Source of the DNA: Gonapodya sp. JEL0774
Taxonomy: Eukaryota
DNA: 30,525 nucleotides
Assembly (NCBI GenBank): GCA_027604505.1
Contig: JADIIX010000091.1
Location: forward strand, 62,001-92,525
Direction: 5' to 3'
The notes below the pieces were generated by a model that saw only the letters and a program-made list of their open reading frames with translations, ran no database searches and was not told the origin of the DNA. Positions within the stretch are counted from its first letter, which is position 1; each line of letters begins with the position of its first letter. This document shows, piece by piece, positions 21,998 through 30,525 of the stretch. A program made the translations under genes and the position numbers.

Positions 21998-24900
21998 ATC
22001 GACCCACAACCTCCCAAACCCCCGAGTAAAAACAGCTCCACAATGAATGGCGCTCGAAACGAGCGGCGAAATAAAGCAAACTCGTCGGAACGAGGGAAAC
22101 CCGGGGCGATTGCACTGGATGCCGGCTTCGGAAGTCGTCCCCTTCCCACCAGTCTCCCGCCAATACCGCGACGCGAGACGGGAATCGATGGCAGCCGACC
22201 CCTTCGGCGAGGCAGCGGCTCGCTCAGTGCCGGAAGCAGTTTGTCTCTAGCCCTTGCCGGTGTCGGCCCACCAAGCGACAATGAAAGCCGAAACAGTACA
22301 GTGCGGCCGGACAGCGGCAGCGTTGCCAGTCTCGCTAGCGGTGAAAATCTGGACGAGAGCAACGGGAACGTTCCTATTGCGCGAATGATGGTCGTGCCAC
22401 TGGAGCAGTATGCGCGCTGGTCGACGTCGATTGCTGCTGGGCCCCGAGTGAGCCCACCGAAACCTTTCCGAGCACCGCGGCACGACGGACACCCTCTGAC
22501 GCCGGCACAGTCACTTCTGGGATGGAAAGTACCCCCACAGGCCGTAGGGGATGTCTCGGGCCTCAAGGAAAATCCCGACAGAACACAGGAAGAGCTTGGT
22601 GTGTGCCTTGGCTGAACCATTCAAGATAAAGCTCCTTTTTCATAAGAATCGAACACTTTGTATCGACGTGGCTGCGCTTCATCCCTCTTTCCTCTTAGTT
22701 CGGGACCTTGCAGCACTACACACCTCACCTCCTTGGGTTCCTCTCCCCAATCTCCCACCCGTTCATTCTAAACTGTCTCATCCAGTCTCGCAAGCCCATA
22801 AAATGTCTCCTCCACCTCGAACTACCGCTGTCGCTCCTTCTGTCACGTCTGACCCTCGAACAGTAACTGTCTCCAACTACCAGCTCATGCGAGACTCACC
22901 GGCATGGATGAGTTTCGAGGGAAAAGTGCAGGCAGAAACCAGAGTCTGGAAGAACGTGGAATATGTTGTGCACGCCGTAGAGTGCATGGCGCGGGATTGG
23001 TCCCGTAAGTTATCCACCTGTACTTGTTCAATCACCACTTACCCAATCTCAGAAATACCACTCCCTCGTGGCCTGTGCTAAAATGATCATAAAAGTTCCG
23101 TGGCTTGATCTATCTATACCATACCTCCACCGCCTTGCCTCGGATCCCTTGTTCAATCACCCACCTGCTGGACTGACACCGGAGAGACCGTTCTTTCGCC
23201 CTCTGAACCGTCACGTCCTGCTTGCCCTGCTTTCGAACAAATTTGATGTCGAATCTCTCGCCCGAACTCCAGGGCAACGTTATAAGGCTCCGGACGGAGC
23301 CATCGCGGCTGCCATAAAACTACAATCGGTTTGGCGAGGGTTCGTACCAAGGAGAGAGTTTGCGAGATTTCTAGCTATGAGAAGAGCAGCAAGGCAGCTC
23401 TTTTGGATATGGGGAAAGAGGCTGGCGCGCATGGTCGGGTGGTCGGGTCGGCAGGTGAAGATCGTTGTCACGTTTCTGCCGCTCGTTTGCCAACAACAAT
23501 CACACTCGATGCCATTTAGCAAGCATATCATCTGAAGCTTCATCGTGCGCGTCAGCTGACCTATCAACTTCTCAAAAACTGGGGCAAAATGTACTCCGGT
23601 AAACGGTGAGTCCACCATTGGGCAATTGCGCCTTTGCATTCGCTATTCAGTAAATTGTAACCCCATAGAGTCGTAGTCCACATCCCGCCATGCCCAACCC
23701 CCTCAGCGCCATTTCACCTTGGCCGACTCTTGGATCTCCGTGATGCGGGAGCGCAAGTGGTGATTATTGTTCCCGATGATATAGGACACGAAGAGAGGAA
23801 AGAGGCAGAACGAGTCGCTGGTGCGTAAAACTCGACCGCTGCTCAAGGAGTATCACCGCTCCATCTGGTTCAACCCTCAGTGTCGTCCACGATCCTCAAC
23901 CCTGCGGCACATCCACCGTCCCCCCGTTTACATCTTATACGTCCTGAGATTCTCTCTATTCTTCCGCAGCTCCGTTCAAATCTCGCTTTGGCCTTCTGTT
24001 GCTCTCCCAAGGCTATAGAAGCGGTAAACGAAATAGTTGCAGCAACGGGACGGGGTTGGATAGTTGGTGGAATGAAAGGTGATGGTGACGGTTTTGCTCG
24101 GCAGGAACAGTGGGAAGTGGAGGCAAGCGTGGTAATAGCAACAGATATCTTGTGTTTTGACGAAGAGTCTAACTTTTAGTCGTTCACAGCTACTCAACTT
24201 ACCACTGTTCACTCCACCGGCTCCAAAATTGCCCCTCGCCCACGTACTTCTTCGGGCCACTCCCCTCGCGACGCAACCAATCGCACGTTCCATTACATCG
24301 CACCCGGCTCTTCTTTTTACTCTCGCAGCACTATCCCGAAGGAATCCAAGCGTTTCTGAATGGATACTTCAGCCACGGGATGGTGGCGCATCCGCAACAT
24401 TGTACGTACCAGCTCTTGGAGGATGTGCAGGTGCAGAAATGGCGATACGTGATGCGTCTCTACCTGAAGGGGAGTCGTGGGATGATTTTGAAAAGCGATT
24501 TCTGGCTCGGGGTGGAGGCACAGTAGCAGTTGCTAGAATCGCCGAGAAGGATTTACGAAGGGTACGTGCGTTTGTGGAGGTTGGTGTTAGGGGAATGTGG
24601 AGGTGGGGCGGGAGCTGTGAAGTGGTAAGTGTTGAATTGCCGAGTTCGAGAGGAGAGTTCTCGCTCAAGCTGCTTGAAACAACCAGATCGTTGACGGTAC
24701 GCAAGTGCTTGGCGGTGGATTCTTCCCACAACACGTTGTTAGGTGTGTGAGAGGCTCACAAGTCGTTCGCCGTCGAGCTGTTGAGCTTGAATTTGTTCAC
24801 TATCGCAAGACACTCCGACCTCCTCGACGCAACAATGCACGTTGTCGAAGCTTGCTGGGAGAATGACATTCTCGGGATGGTATCAATAGAATTCATGGTT

Positions 24901-27085
24901 TGGGAGCAAGATAATAGAGAGGCAAGAGACAGAATGCCGGCTGTGGTTCCAGGTCTCAGGCTTACGCTTCCTGTTGCAGCCTTTGGTCCTCTGGGCGTCG
25001 GACATCAATCTCGGCACTCATGATTCGCTGCTCGATATGCACTATCTACTCCTTGTTCTTGGAGCTCGTGTCGACGACACCGGCGCTCATGGTGATGCTT
25101 ACTTCGATGAGAACTACTTGCGGAGGCTGCGTATGCGATATGCCAACACGAGCACGTACATAGATACGGTGAGTGTTTTGGTCGAGAATTGTCGGAGTTA
25201 CTTCATTATCATTAAATCTTTCCCGTCATCCCGAAACGATAGAATGTACTGCTCCGGGCCTCAAACACTGAAACCGCTCATCTCCCTGCTCCGTCACCCC
25301 GCTTTGCACTCATTCTCCCCGGGGTCTCCCATCAGGCGTACGCAGTTGTCCGGAAGTGGGCATTTTTGACTGCATGTGCTGGTGCAGGTGTTACATGGGA
25401 CGAGAAGCTCAGAATCGGAGTATGGTCAGAAAGATTCGGTTATGAGGTAACAGGAGTGGAAGCCAAGCGAGTTGTAGATTCCGATGGGAACTGTGAAGCG
25501 ACACCTCAAGGTGATGAAGAAGAAGACCCGGCTCGTACTGAGATCGAATTTGTGTGAGTGATATCCCCTTTGTCGTGTTTTAAGATCGGTCGCTATGTCA
25601 GAGTAACGGTTTGTTCTCAAGGTGTGCTGGAAAGTCTCCATGTGATGCGATCAAGGTATGCCTTAACGCATTAGTGGTGATGAACAGGCAGCTCTTGAAC
25701 GTGGAAGCCAACAGTGATGGTAGCAATTTCATGGTGCGGTGTCTGTTTTGGAACACATCACGTGACCTCGAATTCACACTCGCTGTTGCCAGCACCGCGT
25801 CAATATTTTGCGTTCTTACTATAAATCGTTCCAAGTCTACTCTAATCCACGCCGTGCACTGTCCATGCGAGATCAAGTTCCGTGTTCGGGCCTGGCATTC
25901 TCACAAAGCAGCTACCCCAACGAAGGGCTTGGTTCAATACGCTCAGAGATCCCAGCAAGCCTCACGCTCTCAGCTGTGAAAGCTTTGCTTCTTGTTGGCG
26001 TTAACTCCACTGACGGAGTCGCCTACTCTCCCAAGTGGGCGGATCCCACGCGCAACATCGTTGCGCCACCACGATCGCCTCCCCCGCGTCTACGCCGCCG
26101 ACCTTTCTCTTCTCACCACTCTCGGATAGTTTCAAATCTTATTTCAAAGAAGGCTTCGAGGCCCGCAACAGCTCCGATCAACCTCTGTGCCAACCTCATG
26201 TCTGGACAAAGACTCCCTATCACATCTAATCCCCGTCAAGAAGGACGGCACAAAAGAACAAAAGGGACTTACGATTACCCTCGGATAGTATCCACACCAG
26301 GGCATTTAGTGACTCGTCAACCTGTGACATCGCGAAAATTGCCCAAATTCGTTCCTATCGCCCCTGCCGCCTTAGAGAAGCTCGTTTCCACATTGGTTGG
26401 CATCGATAGCAAAGTCGCATCGTTTATTGCTCGCCAAAAAATGGAGCTGTTGGAGCAAGCGCGAAAGGACCTCCCGCCTGTCGAGTCTGTTTTGCCGACA
26501 TTCAGGATGTCTGAAGAGACTGTGGAGCTGCTGAACACTCCAATCCCATCCGTTCAACTGCAACGCGATGTGGAACGTGATCAAGAGAAACGGCAAGCGC
26601 AAAGATTGTCGTGGAAAGCGTCTCTCGAAGAGCGTCGGCAGGCCCTCCGAAGCACCCACAAGCCGGATTCGGCAGCTTCCACTGTTGCCGCAGCCAATAT
26701 GTGGGAGGAATACGATGGGGATATTCCACATGAATATGTGGACTCAGCTTTCGGAACCCGCCCGGCCACCGTCGGAACTCCAGTAGAAGCAGCTCGCCAA
26801 ATTCCAACATTGGTCGCAGCGCACCTGTCTACACCCGAAGAACGGGAGCAACCACGCATAGCTGTCTCGGAGCTTGAACTGCCAACGTTGCTCGGTACAC
26901 ATGCAGGAAATGGATGGAAGTCGGATCTACCACCGACTCTCACTGTGGCATCCTCAACATTGGAAGCAACTATTGGGCAGAATGCAACCGATGTGCGACC
27001 TGTGTCAAGGAGACGGTCCACACAACTCGGTGGCGCTGTCAAGTCGATCATGAAGAGCGTTTTTACAGGTTTGAAGGACATTTGA
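21998..27085 (+). CDS. IQ-motif-containing protein, IQCH-like, with a long low-complexity C-terminal extension
   Basis: IQ motif AAIKLQSVWRGFVPRREF (~23300-23360). Downstream blocks RLHLIRPE...AFCCSPKAIEAV...GWIVGG, ACWENDILGMVSIEFMVW|..LWASDINLG and SDGSNFM resemble IQCH as I recall it. The last exon 25793-27085 is in phase. The 5' boundary is uncertain. Confidence 0.75.
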
Positions 27086-27137
27086 GCTCGGAAGAATTCA
27101 GTTTTGGCTCGGACTTTTAGTCTATTTGTATTTGCAT

Positions 27138-28391
27138 CTAGTCGAGTAACCTCACTCCGACATACTTTTCTAGTTCTCGAATCGCTTCTTCGGACTTGCC
27201 AATCTTGACCTCTGGTTTTGTAATAAACGATAGTGTTGGTCAAAATCCCGGAGCTATTGTGCAGTGCTCACAACACGTGATTATAAAACTCACGAATAGT
27301 GGTGATGCCCAGCTTCTGTGCTCCTTTCCTAAGATTGTTTATAGCAAGCCGCAAAGATAGGATGTCACTATTCCCGGAACGAATTGAAGCTTCTGCTCAC
27401 AAATTTGTCCCGATGTCGTCCAAAAACACTGTCTCGAGAGGATCTACTCCCATTTCATTGCAGGCTATCTGAAAGGCTTCGGGGTGTGGCTTGCGATGAC
27501 CGATGATGGCAGACTCAACGAAAGCGTCAAATATAGATCTGAGCTCCCGGCGTCGCATCGACGAGTCACCAATGGTGAGCGACATCGGTTTCACAGGTTC
27601 TCCTTCGGGTTTAAAGTTATTAGTGAGAGCCCCAACTCTGATGCCCGCAGCTGCGTCAAGTTCGGAGACACGATTAGGAGAATGCAGAAATCAACCCGAT
27701 AACAGCACAATACCTCTCAACCTGTCAATCGCCTTAACCATCTTTTCGTCCACTGTGTTCGAATTCTCATTCATAGTACGAAAACACTCCTCCCCGTTGA
27801 TGGTGATGGGTCCTTTTATGTTGGGCGTGGCTGCATATCGGAATACGAATGATCCATTGATTTTTCTCGGTCGAGACTGACAACATTTCGCACCTATGCC
27901 ACGTTTTGCGTAGTAGTTCTTATAGCCTTGAATGTTTTCGGGCTGCAGAATGGTTCGACTGACTATCAAAGTGACTGTGGTGTCCTCGTTTCCATGTCCA
28001 CTATCCCACCTTTGCAACATCCTTCTCAAGCTCCTTGTAGAATTCAGGTCCCACTTTTAGTTCGCCTCTCTCTAGTCTATCCCACGCACCGCCAACTCCG
28101 CCGCTGAAAATGCAGTAATTGATGAAGTTATGGGGTACTGATTCGTCCCCGTCAACCACGAGATTATGAAATAACTCTGAAGAGGTCAGTCGAATGTCGG
28201 AAATCTCACTGTCGTGTTTCTTCTCGTAGACGAAAATTCCGCCGATGGGACTCCCCGTTACCACCCCGCCAATGTCTGCGATGTCAGAATGATACTATCG
28301 TGTCAGTGGTCCGATCCCTTGGCTCCCTGTCGATGTCAGCGTGACAAGGCATACCAAATAAAACTCCTTTGAACTTTTTGTTGGGTGCCAT
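27138..28391 (-). CDS. HAD-superfamily hydrolase, soluble-epoxide-hydrolase N-terminal / ACAD10 N-terminal type
   Basis: MAPNKKFKGVLF|DIGGVV motif I (split by an intron), AWDRLERGE cap, GALTNN motif II, ESAIIGHRKPHPEAF motif III, VFLDDIGTNL|KGAQKLGITTI motif IV; stop TAG 27138-27140. Confidence 0.9.
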
Positions 28392-28530
28392 TGAGTTGGC
28401 TGCTTTTGAGGGTGTGTATGTGTTTCGGGAGCCTTCGGAATCAATGGTGCCGAAGACCACTCTGGCCAACACAGTAAAATCTCTCTTCCGCAACGCTAAC
28501 GGAATTCAAACTAAATACGACATGTGCGCG

Positions 28531-30525
28531 TTACACAAAGTGACTGCCAGACTTCGAACGCTCCTTCTCACGCAACCTCGCCTCCTTCTGCACCTTTTTC
28601 GTCACCTGGGTAAGATAATTACTCACACCCTCTGCAACACCCTCACCCTTGCCGAGACGTTCGAGCCGGCTTGGCGCACCTGCAGTGCCCTCTCGGAGAG
28701 CATACACCTCGGTGCATGTCTCCATAAGGAATCGCACATCGTGGGATACCACTATCACCCCTCCGGTGAATGATTGGATCGCGGATGTCAGAGCGCTGAT
28801 GGAGAAGATGTCCATGTGGTTCGCTGACGATGTTGGAAGGATTATTTAGACAATAACGATCTCGAAACTGTAGAAGTGTGGTGGTTCCTCTCACTCGGCT
28901 CATCAAAACAGATGATGTGCGGATGGTCATACATAATGGTTCCGAGCACCACCCTGGCTTTCTCGCCCCCACTCAATCCATCCATCCGTCTCTGTGCAAC
29001 TTTACCCGCGAGTTGCCACTCGCCGAGATAATCCCACACCTCTTGCTCCTTTGAGAAGTTGAACTTGTCGGCAAAGTACTCAAGGGGTGTCATGGCCTTC
29101 ATGTCACCCAGCGCATCAATGTGGTGTTGCGAGAAATAGGCGATTTTCGGTCGGGAGGTCGTCAGAACTTCGCCCGAGGTGGGCTTGAGCTCACCGGTGA
29201 GAAGATGCAGCAGGGTAGATTTACCTGCCGACAAAAGCACCGCAACAAATAAATGTTTCGTGCTGATATCAATGATATGCCACGACAACACACGCACCCG
29301 CCCCGTTCGGCCCGACAATCCCAATCCTACTACCCATCTCCACCCCCATCGTCACCTTCTCCAAAATCATCTTTCCACCCTTCCCCTCATACGAAAAACC
29401 AACATCATTCAATTGCAGTACTGCACCCGCTGACCGAATAGGCGGCGAAGGATCCCACAGCTTGAAGTGCACATCTCGCTCACGAGCTTCGAACTGTACT
29501 TCTTGGCGAAAGCCCATATATGAAACCTTCCACTGCTTGCCAGTTTCGGTTTTGTTGAGACCAAAGTGTTCAAGTTTCTGGAAACGGTGTCGAGGACTTG
29601 TGGGATGAACAATTTTGGCAATCCGTGTAAAATGCCGACACTCACCTTTTTCCGACTCGCCACCATACCCAAGGCTTTATCATCCCCAGTCCGCTTCGCA
29701 TGCTGAATGCCCTTCTCGATAGATTTCTTCATATGCTCCTTCTGTCGGTCAAGCACCTGACGCAATCCAGTAGTGTCAGAAAATCACAACAGCTAAAGAC
29801 ACCCAACACCCACCTCCTGTTGCTTGACTTTCTTCACTACATCCTCTTCTCTTTGTCTCATAAATTCATCGTAGTTTCCTTCGTAATATCTCAGGGTTCT
29901 GTCTTTGAATAATATCATTTCCTCAGCGACAGAATTGAGGAAGTAACGGTCGTGAGATACCAGAACAATCGTGGTATCACTGAGAGAGCGGAGGTAGTCG
30001 AGTAGCCAGAGGGTGGTAGGGAGGTCAAGATGGTTGGCTGGAAGGGGAAGCGGTAATTGAACACCTGAGGGTTCCTGAGGCACCACGATTCACACTCACT
30101 GGGTTCGTCGAGCAGCAGCACGTCTACCTTCATCAATAGCGCTCTGGCTCTAAACATAACCAGGACAAAACCGAAAATGGGTCAATGGAAGGACTGATTT
30201 CCTCTCGACAATTGCTGAGGTTTCTTCGCGTTCCTCTCCACACCCTGTCAACATCATCTCTGATCAACTCACAACGCGAGTCTCATCCTCCACCCACCGC
30301 TCAATTCCGACGTGGGCCTGTCCAATTTGCCTCCGGCAACGAATCCCAACCCGTGGAGAATTTCGAGTGCGCGAGATTTAGTTTCGTCCGCGTTCATCTG
30401 TGCAGACGTGAATGCCCAATCCGTTTGTTAGAATGATTGTCGTGGAATCTTCGAAACAAACTGACAAATGATCCGTAACCACTGTCCCACGGACGTCAAT
30501 AATATGAACGCACCTCCCTCAATTT
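28531..30525 (-). CDS. ABC-F family ATPase (ABCF3/GCN20-like), 5' part outside the window
   Basis: NBD1 end: LSGGWRMR, LLLDEP|TNHLDL, VSHDRYFLN, YEGNYDEF. NBD2: GIVGPNGAG|KSTLL, LSGGEKARV, FDEP, VSHDVRF. No transmembrane segments seen; stop 28531-28533. Confidence 0.92.

Noticed and set aside
21949..22620. 223-aa - strand ORF
   Set aside because: Antisense shadow of a GC-rich exon of the IQCH-like gene.
24123..24189. Additional GC-AG intron (GAG|GCAAGC) in the IQCH-like gene
   Set aside because: In-phase GT donors exist at 24129 and 24132, so the GC donor is not required.
26581..27243. 220-aa - strand ORF
   Set aside because: Antisense shadow of the IQCH-like last exon, also overlapping the HAD gene's last exon out of frame.

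Overview
Eukaryotic, intron-rich genomic DNA (mostly short GT-AG introns, ~50-120 nt). An IQCH-like flagellar gene and fungal-type MCT, lipase and LIM genes suggest a zoosporic (chytrid/monoblepharid-like) fungus; this is inference. The window has two halves. From ~11.0 to 30.5 kb it is densely packed with recognisable genes: a two-LIM CRP-type protein, a tandem pair of MCT/Mch-family MFS transporters (the first copy frameshifted), an HSL-family alpha/beta hydrolase, a large IQCH-like gene, a sEH-N/ACAD10-type HAD hydrolase and the 3' part of an ABC-F ATPase. From 1 to ~10.6 kb it is a block of decayed, gene-like sequence. Its reading frames are broken by stops readable as C->T changes of Gln/Arg codons, and it contains a seemingly intact OTU protease domain and the relic of a multi-PAM2 (PABP-binding) protein with a WADE motif. 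Notable fine structure: a required 7-nt micro-exon and a GC-AG intron in the LIM gene, a splice-dependent peroxisomal PTS1 (AKL) on a predicted myristoylated hydrolase, and an intron present in only one of the two MFS paralogues. No RNA genes, CRISPR arrays or recognisable transposase were found. All gene models were hand-spliced without tools.
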